DNA of 64,000 nt from an uncultured delta proteobacterium (GCA_963737265.1 CAVTRY010000023.1:448001-512000); one strand, 5' to 3'; counted from the stretch's first letter, positions 9,879 through 20,678 are shown. Notes: generated by a model not told the origin, from the sequence alone. Numbers and translations are program-made.

Positions 9879-11447
9879 ATGTCATCGGCCGTACCATTCA
9901 AGCAGGCACCTCTGGCGAGGCCGCTGCGGCCGATCCGGCCGTGGGCGTTTCTGCTCATTGCCCTAGTCTACCTCTACGCTTTTCCCTATTTCGATGCTCT
10001 TCGCAGCGCCGCCGAGATCCCGCGCATCCTGACCACGCAGGAGTTGGTGGACCATGGCCACATGTGGCTGGACAAGCGCCTCGGAGACATGGGGTCGCGC
10101 AACGATCTGTCGAGCGCGCCCAATGGCCACAAGTACGCCAACAAACCGCCGGGGCCTTCCTTTCTGGCGGTGCCGGCCTACCTTTTGTGTAAACTGGTCC
10201 ACGCCACGTCCATGCGTGCTTGCAGCTGGGCCTTTCGCTTTGGCGCCGCCATCCTTCCGGCGCTGATCTTCCTGCCGTTTTTCTACCGATTCGCGCGCCG
10301 GTTCTCGCCCGACGAGACGGCTCGTCGAACGGTGCTGCTCGCCTACGCCGTCGGCTCGCCAGCGTTGATCTACGGCATCCTGTTCATGTCGCACCAACTA
10401 TCTGCCGTGCTCGCCGGCGCTTCGTTCATCGCCGCCGTCGTCGTGGCACGCGACGAAACCTGGCATCCCAGGCGCGACGCCGCGCTGGCGGGATTCCTTG
10501 CCTCCCTGGCGCTGATGATGGACTACCAGTCCTTGATCGCCACGTCGTTCGTCGCGCTTTACCTCGGGCTGCGGGCCGCGCGCAAGATTCAAGCGCTGTT
10601 GTTCGCCGCTGCTGGCGCGTTTCCGCCGTTCTTCATCCTGATGCTGTATCACGTACGCGCGTTCGGCTCGCCGTGGAAGACTGGGTACAGCTTCGCCGAC
10701 GATCCCAACCCCAGAAATTCCTTCGGCGGCATGGTCGGGCTCAGTGCCAAGTCCTTCTGGAATGTGTCGTTCCTGCCGTCGAACGGCCTCTTCGTGCTGG
10801 CGCCGTGGACCTTGCTGGCCCTGGTGGGCTTCGTGGCACTTTGGACCAATCGCGACGCGCGCAAGCGCGTGGGTGCCGAGGCGCTGGTGTGCTTGGCGAT
10901 TTTCGTCGCCTATTTCGTCTTCTTGAGCTCCCTTGGGCCGTACATGTCGCGCGGCGGTTGGTGCGTGGGGCCGCGCTACATGACCACGGCCCTGCCCTTC
11001 GTCGCGTGGCTAGCCACCGCCGGGTTCGCGGCTGCCGACCGCACGGCGGTCACGCGTGCACTGGCGCAGGCCGCGGTTTGGGTCTCGGCCACGATCTTCG
11101 TCGTGGCCGCCGCGACCTATCCTCACTGGCCCGATCCCTTGGCCAATCCACTTTACGAGCTCAGCTTCCGTCTCCTGCGCGACGGGTATGCGGTGCACTC
11201 GCTCGGCACGCTTGTCGGTCTACGGGGATTCCTCGCCGCTGCGCCGCTCTTCCTGCTGGTGGGCGCTCTCCTGCTGTGGATGCTGACCGGCCGCGGCTGG
11301 CGGCGACTTGTGACCAGCCTAGCCGCCTGCGTGTTGGCCGTCGCCATCATCGCCAGCTACCGAGCTTTTCCTCGCAGCGGCGCCTACGCCGAGCGCGCCT
11401 ACGGTTTTGTCACGTCGACCTGGGAACCCAAGCGAGTCGGTCGCTGA
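9879..11447 (+). CDS. Polytopic membrane protein, GT-C/PMT-like
   Basis: About 12 TM segments; YANKPPGPS, FGSPWKTGY and GGWCVGPRY motifs. Confidence 0.7.
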   Translation: MSSAVPFKQAPLARPLRPIRPWAFLLIALVYLYAFPYFDALRSAAEIPRILTTQELVDHGHMWLDKRLGDMGSRNDLSSAPNGHKYANKPPGPSFLAVPAYLLCKLVHATSMRACSWAFRFGAAILPALIFLPFFYRFARRFSPDETARRTVLLAYAVGSPALIYGILFMSHQLSAVLAGASFIAAVVVARDETWHPRRDAALAGFLASLALMMDYQSLIATSFVALYLGLRAARKIQALLFAAAGAFPPFFILMLYHVRAFGSPWKTGYSFADDPNPRNSFGGMVGLSAKSFWNVSFLPSNGLFVLAPWTLLALVGFVALWTNRDARKRVGAEALVCLAIFVAYFVFLSSLGPYMSRGGWCVGPRYMTTALPFVAWLATAGFAAADRTAVTRALAQAAVWVSATIFVVAAATYPHWPDPLANPLYELSFRLLRDGYAVHSLGTLVGLRGFLAAAPLFLLVGALLLWMLTGRGWRRLVTSLAACVLAVAIIASYRAFPRSGAYAERAYGFVTSTWEPKRVGR

Positions 11448-12406
11448 TGGCAATTGAACATTTCCGCGCCGACGACGACTCGCCAGTCGGGTGCGCCGAA
11501 TTGCCGGTCGATGCCGGCGCCCACGCCCAGCTTGAACCTCAACTGCGCGCGATTCGCCCGCGTTCCTTCGAGCCGACCAGAAAGGAGTCCCTCTAGCGCC
11601 GTATCGCTAGAGCCGAAGAAGGACCGGAACGCCGTTGCGCCGTAAACCTCTGGACCCACGACAACCCCCCAATCCGCGCTTCGCCCCACGGGCAACTTCG
11701 CGCCCCCGGCGGCGCCGAAGAGCAATTCGCTGCCGCGCGGGCTGCCGGGAGTTGGCGAGTCGTCGAGCGGCCGAATGTGAACGCCGAGCTGGCCGGCATA
11801 GGCGAAGTGCCCCGCGTCGCCAGCGAGTAGGGCGCGGACCATGCCGCGAAAGGTGTCGTCGGTGTCGTAGTCGGCGCGGTGGCCGTTCGGGATGACAAGC
11901 TGTGCGCTGGCGCCAAGGCGAAATCGCCCGTCCGGTTGGCCGAGGATTCGGGCATCGACACCAACGCGGTAGTCGGACAAGGTGTCGGGGTTCGTCCCCG
12001 GAGTCACCGACGGATGTGTAAACACGTAGCCGCCCACCGTGCCGCCGTCGCCGGTGATGACGAGCGGCATGTCCATATTGAGAGAGAGGCGAAAGCGACG
12101 GTAGGTGACCGCGAAGCCGAAGTCGGCGGATGCCTCGTCCGAGACAACCGCGAGATTCCGCTGGCCCTCGGCGACTCGCAGTGGGTTGCGCGCGTACCCC
12201 AAGGTAAGCGCCATGGCACCACCCAGGCCACCCTGCATGTCGAGGGCGTCCATCACGAACCAACCGGCCCCCGGGGCCGACGGGGAGAAGCGCTCGACCG
12301 CGAACCCTTGGGCTTGCTGCTGGGCCTGTGCGCGCGATGGCGACAGGATCGCCGCCCACAGCGCTGCGAGGGCGAGCGATGCGCGATACCGACTAGAATT
12401 CGGCAT
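11399..12406 (-). CDS. Outer-membrane beta-barrel protein (myxobacterial OmpA-N-terminal-like barrel)
   Basis: Signal peptide, FAVERF.P..G..WF N-terminus, alternating beta strands, GAPDWRVVVG C-terminus. Confidence 0.65.
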   Translation of the reverse strand: MPNSSRYRASLALAALWAAILSPSRAQAQQQAQGFAVERFSPSAPGAGWFVMDALDMQGGLGGAMALTLGYARNPLRVAEGQRNLAVVSDEASADFGFAVTYRRFRLSLNMDMPLVITGDGGTVGGYVFTHPSVTPGTNPDTLSDYRVGVDARILGQPDGRFRLGASAQLVIPNGHRADYDTDDTFRGMVRALLAGDAGHFAYAGQLGVHIRPLDDSPTPGSPRGSELLFGAAGGAKLPVGRSADWGVVVGPEVYGATAFRSFFGSSDTALEGLLSGRLEGTRANRAQLRFKLGVGAGIDRQFGAPDWRVVVGAEMFNCHQRPTRLGSQVDVTKP

Positions 12407-13856
12407 GGATTTTCGCTCCCAGGATGTGAACAGGACCTCGGTCGGCGTTGAACCCGGGGTTCCACAGAAATTGGTAGTCGCCCGCGAGCCAGACCGCCTT
12501 GAGAAGATTCACGCTGTAGAAGCCCTCGACGATGCCCTCGGCGGCCTGGCGAAGGTAGCCGTCGCCGATGAAGCCGTCGACGCCGCCCATGGCCAGGTAC
12601 TTGGCATGGACGGCCGAGATCCAGCTCGCGCCGAAGCCGACGCCGGTGACGTCGAAGGGCCGGTTCCACAAGGTGCCCTTGGCCACAGCTCCAAAGGAGA
12701 AGGATCGGTCGGCTGGATTGTAGGCGTCGACCTCGGTGTTGCCGTCGGAGTACATCGCACGCAAGAACACGCCGACATCTTTGGCGAGGTATTGTTCGAG
12801 GTTGATGCCGATGCCCAACTTCACGTTGGACCTTCGAACCCAGCACATGTCGGGTGCACTGGAATTCTTGGAGCCGTAGTTAAAGCTCGTGATCGGGCAG
12901 TCGGCGGCATTTTCCGCAGGATTGGCCTCGAACGCCGCGATAGCTTCGTCGAAGCGCCCGGTGATCACGTGATTCCGATAACCGAGGAGGCGCACGGCAC
13001 CCGAACGGCCGAAAAGCGAGTGATCGTGCTCGAGCTCCAACTGGTCGCCGTAATGCTCCCAGATCCGGAAGTCCTGCGGAAGCTGGTTCGGGTTCTGCGG
13101 CGGCGTGATGCGGCCGAGCCGAAGCGCCCACTCGTCCAAGTAGAGCTCGGCGGTGCCGCCCCACGAGTAACCTCGTGCGTCTGACGGGAAATCCCACGAC
13201 GAGTGGGTCATGAAGGCCATGTTGAAAAAGGTCTGGCGCGGATCCCCGGTGACCGAGTTCCGGTCGAACACGTCGAGAATGGTGAAGCTGCCGAGGGTGA
13301 GGACGAGCCGACGGCTGTCGACGACGGACCCGAGCTGAAGCGGGTCGGACGCCTTGACGACGTGGTCGCCGCCAAGGCCGAAAGTCTGTCGCAGAAAGAG
13401 GCGAGAGCGATAAAGCTGGGGCGTCTCCGTTCCTCCCTTTTGCAGCTCGAAGTTCTGGATAGCGCCGCCTATGCCGTGCAGCCCCGAGAGTGGCCGCTCG
13501 GCAATGACCTCGGGAACGAAGTAGGCTTCACCCCCCGACCACAGCTTGAGCCCGAAGAACAGGGAAAAGGTGCCAGTGAAGCTGCGCTCGGCACCTGGCA
13601 CGAGCGAGTTGATGCTGCCGTTTGCGTTGGTGTAGGGAGCCTTGAACGGCAGCTTCCAGCTCGAAATGTAGGTGAACTGGCCGTAGACATTCCAGCTCTC
13701 TTTGTCGATGTCGTGCGAGCCATGCTGCGAAAGCAGGGTCATGACGTCGAACGCTGCGTCCTCGTGCGCCGCCGGCGGGCCGGCCTGCGCGTTCGCGCGA
13801 GTGGATGCGAACAAGACGCAAGCGACGAGGCTGGCTGGCAGTAGACGGGACCACAT
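12393..13856 (-). CDS. OprB-family porin, MnoP (Mn2+ porin)-like
   Basis: WNVYGQFTY..FKAPY, RLFLRQTFG, WDFPSDARGY and C-terminal NPGFNADRGPV..HAEF. Confidence 0.85.
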   Translation of the reverse strand: MWSRLLPASLVACVLFASTRANAQAGPPAAHEDAAFDVMTLLSQHGSHDIDKESWNVYGQFTYISSWKLPFKAPYTNANGSINSLVPGAERSFTGTFSLFFGLKLWSGGEAYFVPEVIAERPLSGLHGIGGAIQNFELQKGGTETPQLYRSRLFLRQTFGLGGDHVVKASDPLQLGSVVDSRRLVLTLGSFTILDVFDRNSVTGDPRQTFFNMAFMTHSSWDFPSDARGYSWGGTAELYLDEWALRLGRITPPQNPNQLPQDFRIWEHYGDQLELEHDHSLFGRSGAVRLLGYRNHVITGRFDEAIAAFEANPAENAADCPITSFNYGSKNSSAPDMCWVRRSNVKLGIGINLEQYLAKDVGVFLRAMYSDGNTEVDAYNPADRSFSFGAVAKGTLWNRPFDVTGVGFGASWISAVHAKYLAMGGVDGFIGDGYLRQAAEGIVEGFYSVNLLKAVWLAGDYQFLWNPGFNADRGPVHILGAKIHAEF

Positions 13857-14221
13857 CAGGCGAGCTTGTGGCGAAGCGGGCGCCGACGGTGGGTGATCTG
13901 CATGGTCCTCTCCTCTATTCGGGGATCATCGAGGTTGCAAGCAACGGGTGCGCAAAATCCGTCGCCAAATCGGCACAAAAGCGAAATCATCGGTGCCCCT
14001 GTGCTCCCGCGGCGAACCGGCGCCCGGATCCTGCCCTGCAAAAGTCGGTGGATGGTTTTGCCGATCAAGAAGAAGGGCGATCCCCAGTCGGGTAGAGCGA
14101 GTGGGGAGTTGGGCTTGGGCGTGTTCGTCATGGCGTGCCTCGCTGGTTGGGGCCACAGCAGGTCGGCGAGGGTGCCACGAGCAAGCGGGCTGTATGCGAA
14201 AATATTGTCAAGTATTTCGAA

Positions 14222-15079
14222 TCAAGGTTGCGTCCAAGACTTTCGAGTCGAAGAGAGAGGACCTGCGGTAACAGTCGGCGATTCCGCTCTCTCCCAGAAA
14301 TAGCCCACGATCATCTTCACGGTGAGCGGGTTGCTTGCTGCCGTGAGGCCCTCGCCGATTCCGGCATTGATCTCGACGTGCGGCAGCGAAAGTAGATTGG
14401 CGACTTCATAGAGATAGTGCTCTTGCTGGCGCCACGGAACGAATCCCGAGAGCGGACCGAGATCCCCATAGTATTCGACCCCGATGGAAGCGACATCGAA
14501 CAGCTTGAGAACCGCCAACGCTGCCGGCTCGAACGATGGCCCCGTGTGGCGGTCCGGGCCGGCGAGCGCGATATCGACGATGGGATTGAACGCGAAGAGC
14601 CAGCGACTGTCCTCGTAGGCCGCAATGGGCCGCACCTCCATGCCCCAGCGATTGCGGTCGTAGCGCTCCGGCAGGAGCGAGACCTCGAAGTTGAGGCCAA
14701 GGCGCAGGCGATCGCTGAACGACCGCGACGTCACGACCTTCGAACGCAGCTTCGCGCCCGCGTATTCGAATGTCCCGTCGCCGAGCAGGGCGCTTTGAAG
14801 GTAGCCACCGAGCTCCCACCACGGCAAGAGCCCAAGCGACGGTTCAAGCGTGAAGTGGCTTTGGTGGTTCGAGGGCAGCTCGGGAGCGATCGCTTCGCGG
14901 CGACCGCTCGGAATGGCGTTCGCATGCAGCTCGAGACCAGGCGCGCCGGGCTGGTTGGTCTCGCCGTCGTAGACTTGGACCTCGAACGGATCGACCGCGC
15001 GCGCGGGGCGAGCGTGAAGCACGACGAGGGCCGCGAGCGAAACCATTGCGGCGCGCACGAGGCGCTTGGTCTGAATCAA
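14222..15079 (-). CDS. Putative outer-membrane beta-barrel protein of unknown function
   Basis: Signal peptide, FEVQVYD, LELH and EYYG motifs, beta-strand pattern. Confidence 0.7.
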   Translation of the reverse strand: MIQTKRLVRAAMVSLAALVVLHARPARAVDPFEVQVYDGETNQPGAPGLELHANAIPSGRREAIAPELPSNHQSHFTLEPSLGLLPWWELGGYLQSALLGDGTFEYAGAKLRSKVVTSRSFSDRLRLGLNFEVSLLPERYDRNRWGMEVRPIAAYEDSRWLFAFNPIVDIALAGPDRHTGPSFEPAALAVLKLFDVASIGVEYYGDLGPLSGFVPWRQQEHYLYEVANLLSLPHVEINAGIGEGLTAASNPLTVKMIVGYFWERAESPTVTAGPLSSTRKSWTQP

Positions 15080-15239
15080 AGGTCTAGCCTACCCATCGCG
15101 CGCAGTTTATCGCACCGGCCAGGGGGCGCACGTCGGCGGTTGCGAGTACGTGCCAAGGTGTGGTGCCGGGTGGTGCCGGCACCTGGCTTGACACTCGCCA
15201 ACCCTGGCGCGAGAGTGGCGGTCAAGAATGGAGGCTAGG

Positions 15240-15554
15240 ATGCGTTGGCACCACTACGTCGCGTACTTTTGGGGTGGCGCGTTTCTCGCGAACACGCTGC
15301 CCCATCTTGGAAATGGAATCTCGGGACACGCCTTCCAGAGCCCGTTCGCATCGCCGCCGGGGGAAGGGTTGTCCTCGTCGACGGTCAACGTCTTGTGGGG
15401 CCTGCTCAACCTGGCCATCGGCTACCTGCTCGTTTGCCGCGTGGGGAAATTCGATCTGCGAAACACCAAACACGTGGTCGTTCTCGGCGCGGGCGTTGTC
15501 GCCATTTCGGTCATGCTGGCCCGTGGTTTTGGCCGGTTTCACGGCGGGCTGTGA
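15240..15554 (+). CDS. Small membrane protein (about 3 TM)
   Basis: GGAGG SD upstream; NTLPHLGNGISG..FQSPFA.PPG motif; hydrophobic helices. Confidence 0.75.
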   Translation: MRWHHYVAYFWGGAFLANTLPHLGNGISGHAFQSPFASPPGEGLSSSTVNVLWGLLNLAIGYLLVCRVGKFDLRNTKHVVVLGAGVVAISVMLARGFGRFHGGL

Positions 15555-15625
15555 CCCGAAACCTTCCCCGGGCGCGGATAAAGCCCAAAGGCGTGCGTGC
15601 CGTGATGGCCGGAAAAGACAGAGCG

Positions 15626-16045
15626 ATGCGCAATAGCTCAGGAGAAGCGCTCGTTGAAGTACGAGAATCTGCTATCCATGGCAAGGGAACCTTCGCATCA
15701 GCCTTCCTCGAATCCGATGCCCTGATTCTTGAGTACACCGGTGAGCTGATCGATCGAAAGACCGCGGTCGAGCGGGACCAACCTGACGCACCGGACTACA
15801 GCTGCCATATTCTGCAAGTCGAGGACGACATCTTCATCGATGCGCGACTCGTTGAGCATCCAGCCAAGTACATCAATCATTCGTGCGAGCCGAACTGCAT
15901 CCTGTCATGCGATAAGACCAGAGCCTTCATCCAAACGCTCCGAACCATTAGTCCGGGCGAAGAGCTGACCTACGACTATGAATACGATGCCACGGAGAAT
16001 ATCAAGTGCCGCTGCCATGCGGCGAGGTGCCGGGGAAGAATCTGA
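15626..16045 (+). CDS. SET-domain protein-lysine methyltransferase
   Basis: SAIHGKG, EYTGE, INHSCEPN, GEELTYDY and post-SET CRCHAARCRG; alternative start at 15605. Confidence 0.93.
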   Translation: MRNSSGEALVEVRESAIHGKGTFASAFLESDALILEYTGELIDRKTAVERDQPDAPDYSCHILQVEDDIFIDARLVEHPAKYINHSCEPNCILSCDKTRAFIQTLRTISPGEELTYDYEYDATENIKCRCHAARCRGRI

Positions 16046-16113
16046 GTGAATCCACGACAGCCTCGCTCGCCGCTGCACAGCCAGCTTGTGACGGGCCCAA
16101 ATGCTTCGGTCAG

Positions 16114-16665
16114 TTACCTCGCGACCTGAACCTCGCGGACGACCACGTTCTCAAACCAGATTGGACCTTTTCCGGCCCCCTCGATTGCGAGACTGAATCC
16201 CGTTGGCCTGGTGGACTCGAACGCTAACGTTCCGAAAAAGTCGGTTCCCTTCAGGCTGGTCACGCGGACAAAGTCGCCGTTGAGATCCGTCGGCAGGGGC
16301 TTGGAGGACGGCGAATATTTGGTGACCTGGTTCCTACCGGCAAGGTAGTCCCAGGCCGCCTTGGGGCCCTCGAGTAGCTCCCGGAAGTAGTAGTAGACCT
16401 CTTCCTTCGACATGTCCCGCTTGGCGCCATCCTTGTACTCGATACGCCCTTGCGTCGCCTTTGCATTGGCACCCAGTTGGAACTCGAAGATCCGCGCCAG
16501 GTGCAGGGCGGTCGGAGGATTGGGGTACGACATGGAGGCGATCCGACCGCTGTCGTCAGTGATCACGGTCCATGGTCCAACTTGTTCCTGTGCGGCCCGA
16601 GCAGCGCCAGCGAAGGCCAGCGAACCGAATAGACCGACTATGACTGCGAACCTATTCCAAGGCAT
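16114..16665 (-). CDS. Secreted hypothetical protein
   Basis: AAGGAGG SD before MPWNRF; signal peptide ending ARA. Confidence 0.7.
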   Translation of the reverse strand: MPWNRFAVIVGLFGSLAFAGAARAAQEQVGPWTVITDDSGRIASMSYPNPPTALHLARIFEFQLGANAKATQGRIEYKDGAKRDMSKEEVYYYFRELLEGPKAAWDYLAGRNQVTKYSPSSKPLPTDLNGDFVRVTSLKGTDFFGTLAFESTRPTGFSLAIEGAGKGPIWFENVVVREVQVAR

Positions 16666-16966
16666 GTGGGGTCCTCCTTCTCGGCACGGAGCATGACATC
16701 TATCGGCGTGTTGCACCAGCTTGCGAATGTCGCACGTGTCCCGCGCTATGCGCGGTCGTCCGGTCTTGCCGGGCCTGGCCAGGGCTTTCGGCGTCTGTGG
16801 TTCTCAAAACCTTTTACATTTCAACGGTAGTGGAGCAGAATTCCGTGGTCAAGGGCAATCCTCGCGCACGGGAATCGAGCCCTGTCAAAAGGTCGCCTAT
16901 TGTCTACCCAGGCGAAGACTCGCCCTTTCCCAACTATTTTCGCCACACCAACGATGTTCGATTGAG

Positions 16967-17825
16967 CAGTACGATTCTTGGTTCTCCGTCGAGGCGCGAT
17001 ACCTCTTCGCATTCAACGATGCCTTTCAGCGGCAATTTTTCGGCGACGACGACACGTTCGTCTTCATCAACGGCGTGCTGGTGATCGACCTCGGGGGCGT
17101 CCACCAGCGCCTCCCCGCCAGCGTGAAAGTCGATGCCGCCGGGAACGCGACCATTCAGGAGGGTGGAAACATCTATATGCCGTGCACGAACCCTGTCGGC
17201 CAGACTGGTGACCTCGTGCCCTGCGATGGCAGCGCCAACGCGAGGGCTCCAGTGACGAAGGTGCCGTTCAACTCGACCTGCCCGGCTGGAAACACGACGT
17301 GTGATTGCCGACAGCGGACGCTGACCGCTGCGGCCCTCGGTCTACAGCCGGGCAATACCTACGAGATCGCCATTTTCGAGCGCGATAGACACCCGACGGA
17401 ATCGAACTTCCAACTCACCCTGAGCGGGTTTTCCACGAACGAGTCAGCCTGTCAGACCCGATGTGGTGACGGGGTGATCGCGGGCGGGAAGGAATGCGAC
17501 TGCGGCGATGGGACGCTGGCGGCCCTGCCCGCGGGTTGCGCCGGGCCAAATAGTGACACTCTGTACGACGGTTGCACGACCCAGTGCGTGTGGGGACCCT
17601 ACTGCGGCGACAATATCGTGCAGAGCCCACAGGAACAGTGCGACCTTGGGAGCGCGAACAACAACGCGGGCTACGGTATGAAGGGCGGCTGCACTCCGAC
17701 ATGCCAACTGGCGCATTACTGCGGGGACAGCATCGTGGACACTGCGCAAGGAGAGCAATGTGACATGGGGTCCAACAATGGCCAACCAGGACAAGGCTGC
17801 AGCGCGAGCTGTCAAATCATCTCAC
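16967..17825 (+). pseudogene. 5'-truncated fibro-slime / Cys-rich repeat gene fragment
   Basis: FFGDDDTFVFING.LVIDLGGVH and CGDG..ECD repeats. The sequence upstream lacks the N-terminal domains and looks non-coding. Confidence 0.75.
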
Positions 17826-18188
17826 GGGGCAGCCCTTTCGAGGTGTTGAGAAGCCCGCTACTAAGAACGGGATTTGTTCCCCGGCGGTCGCGTAGCGGGC
17901 ACATCGCCTCTCCCCGCCGCCACGCGGTCGCCACGCGGAAAGAGGCCGCCGCGAAGCGCGGCGGGTGAGGGGCAGAAGAAGCCGGCTTCTCGCCAGCACA
18001 CCCTCACCCGCCGACGCAGACGTCGGCCGCAGTCGTTGAACATCAGGGTCGTGTCGATGCGGAAATTCGACCGCACCACGTGACGCTCGGCATTAAGGAC
18101 GACCAAGGGACAGACGTTGCCCTTGCTGATGCCCAGGTTGGATACCTGGGCGTCGATGTGCATCGTTTGGGTTTCGGCGCCCTCACCC

Positions 18189-20024
18189 TCAGTAGATGAC
18201 GATCGGTGGGATCTTGTAGGCGTCCCAGGAAGGCGTGTGGTTGTTTTCGGTGGCGGGCTGGTTCCACAGGTAGAGCGCGGGGTAGTCAACGCTGACCACG
18301 CCGCCCGTGACTGTCATGGGGCTAACGTAGAGTTGGGGCCGTCCGCTGCGCGTCGACGAGAAAGTCACCCAGTAGTACGTCGTGCCATTCGCCCCGGTGG
18401 TCGCCTCGGGCGACCACTTCGTCCAGTCGTTGGTGACGCCGGGGCTACGCAGCGAGGTCTGACAGGCGGCTGGGTCGTTGGCGGCAAAGCGGAGCGCCGT
18501 TCCGCCGCTGGCGGGAACTACGAAGATCTCCGCCTGCTGATTACTGTACGAGTTGTCGCTCCCTGAAACACGGGTATAGGCGACGAAGGCGTCGTCGGGA
18601 GAGAACGCCGGGTAATACTCGGTGAATGTCGGGTCGGCAGCACCCGCGAGCGGTGCGGCGGTTCCACCGGCGCGGTTGTTGTAGGGAACGACGTAGATGT
18701 CGGCCGGGCCATTGCCAAGGCGCCCATCCGTGATCGAGTTCGCCGAAACGTAGACGATCTTCGTGCCGTCGTGGCTGAAGTTGGGCTCCACCGCTCCGCT
18801 CGAATCTCCCGTGCGCGCGATCGCTCCCTGTTGTCCGTCGGTGTCGAGATTCACCCACAGCAGGTCGCCCTTGTTCTCGCCGTCCATGAGCAAGGCGATA
18901 TAGTCGTCCTTTGCCCAATGGCTGCGCGAATAGGTGGGAATACCCCGCAAGGCGCGTACCGCCGTCATCTGGGCATCCGTCACAAAGGATGGCTTGTTGC
19001 CGAGAGTGGCGACCACAATGTCCGCCATGCTGTCCCTGTACGCGTACGGCGTTCCAAAGGAGAATCCAACGCTAAGTCCATCGGGCGTTGCCGAATGGCA
19101 GCCAATACATACCTCTTGCTTGGCCTGATCGATGGCGGGCGGCACGACCTGGTTACCTTGCAGCACGTCCTCCACGCCTTCCTCGCCGATGCCGAAACCG
19201 CGCAAGACACCGTTGTTCGTTGCCGGAAGAATGGCCCAGTACACGATCTTTCCCGGGGCGTCGACGGGAGCCACCGTAAAGTCCGCGGTCGCGCGCGGGG
19301 TCGGTGGGTTCTGCACGGTACCAGTTCCCGAAAGAGTCAGTCCTCGAACGGTGACAGTGATTGGCTGATCGTTGATCGATGTCCGCAAGCTGTCCCACAA
19401 CTTGGCGTCCAGAGTGTAGGTCATCTGGGTCGTGTACACGCGCAAAGGGTGCGCGAACCCCGAAACCACGAGCTGAATTTCGAATAGATTCTCGTCGGCA
19501 GAGCGCGTGTATTCGAAACGCGGTCGCAGCCAGTTGCGTGGCATCAGGGTCTTCGGTACGGGCGAAACGATACAAGGCGCCCCACTGGTGCGCGGTGTCC
19601 CCTCGAATAGGGTCGGCGCGTTGGCCGGAATGCCGGGATCAGCCAGCACGGGATCCTCCGAGAAATCAGTCAGTGGCGGCGGCGCAGCCACGTCCTCTGT
19701 GAGAAGGCCCGCGTCCCCGGAGATGTAGATGCTGACATCGACTCCGCTGCCGCCAAGAGGGTCGAGGCGAACCGTCGGGGCATCCGGGCCGGCATCCGGA
19801 CCCTGGCCTCCAACCACGCTTGCCTTGGCACAAGCGCCGAGCGCCAAAGCGGACAACGCAAGCGTGAAGACGAGACGCTGGTCCGCGCCCCTTGCGCGGC
19901 AGCCGGCGTCTCCCTGGCGGCCGTCGAGCCAGCGAGATGCCGGCTGCACCGCGTTCTCCCCGGATTTTTCCCGTCGTCCTGTCACGATTCCTCCTGCAAT
20001 GAACCCCGGAGTATATCCGGCCAC
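18189..20024 (-). CDS. TolB-like/PD40 beta-propeller lipoprotein
   Basis: LGAC lipobox, a CIGCH motif, and PNFSHDG, PAFSPDD and KWSP PD40-type repeats; start uncertain. Confidence 0.8.
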   Translation of the reverse strand: MAGYTPGFIAGGIVTGRREKSGENAVQPASRWLDGRQGDAGCRARGADQRLVFTLALSALALGACAKASVVGGQGPDAGPDAPTVRLDPLGGSGVDVSIYISGDAGLLTEDVAAPPPLTDFSEDPVLADPGIPANAPTLFEGTPRTSGAPCIVSPVPKTLMPRNWLRPRFEYTRSADENLFEIQLVVSGFAHPLRVYTTQMTYTLDAKLWDSLRTSINDQPITVTVRGLTLSGTGTVQNPPTPRATADFTVAPVDAPGKIVYWAILPATNNGVLRGFGIGEEGVEDVLQGNQVVPPAIDQAKQEVCIGCHSATPDGLSVGFSFGTPYAYRDSMADIVVATLGNKPSFVTDAQMTAVRALRGIPTYSRSHWAKDDYIALLMDGENKGDLLWVNLDTDGQQGAIARTGDSSGAVEPNFSHDGTKIVYVSANSITDGRLGNGPADIYVVPYNNRAGGTAAPLAGAADPTFTEYYPAFSPDDAFVAYTRVSGSDNSYSNQQAEIFVVPASGGTALRFAANDPAACQTSLRSPGVTNDWTKWSPEATTGANGTTYYWVTFSSTRSGRPQLYVSPMTVTGGVVSVDYPALYLWNQPATENNHTPSWDAYKIPPIVIY

Positions 20025-20096
20025 AAGAAAGCGCGGAGAGATTCTCTTGCCATACGCGACGCACGCCAGCGACGGGAGCGATTGATGGACACGTCT

Positions 20097-20678
20097 TCAG
20101 TAGTTGGTACACGCGGGAATGGTACTTCCGTCGATGCAAGTCCGGCAGCTCATGTCGATCTTTGTACCCGCGGCGAGTTGAGGATCCCCTGTCTTTCTGA
20201 CCACGTTGACGAGCTGGCCGGTTCCCGCGCCTGTCGCCCCTGGACACTTGGTCGTGTCGTAAACCAGCTTCCAGCACGGATCGTTTGGTTGCTGGGCGTC
20301 CGGCAGGGTCGGATCGCACTCGGGGATGCCGGTGCTCTGTTCCTTTGGGATACCGGTCACGGGATCGGGAATAGCATACGCAACATGGCAATCGGGCTGG
20401 AGGCCCGATGTCGCCGTGCCCGTATTCAAAAGCCTGTAGGGCACGCACAGATTTTGCAGTTTTGTCTGCAGCGTGGCGCCAATTTGGGTTAGCGCGTCGG
20501 TGTAGTCAGCCTCGCAAATGCTGAATTTCATACCATTGGCGCCGAATTCATCGATAAACGCCGACTCTCGCAAGCCCGGACCTGCCCCCCATCCCCAAGC
20601 GGTCGGATCGTTTCCGGTGGCTGGATCGAGGTTGGTGGGCATGTGGTTTGGGTCGTAGCAAAGAGACCAGTAGTCCAA
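20097..20678 (-). pseudogene. C-terminal fragment of a myxobacterial vWA-type Cys-rich lipoprotein
   Basis: PGLRESAF...SICEADY..AL.QIG...C and PCWKL motifs typical of the C-terminal half; no signal peptide and no MIDAS N-terminus. Confidence 0.6.

Noticed and set aside
13952-13970. Sigma-54-like TGGC...TTGC upstream of the porin
   Set aside because: The GG-to-GC spacing is one base too long for a -24/-12 promoter.
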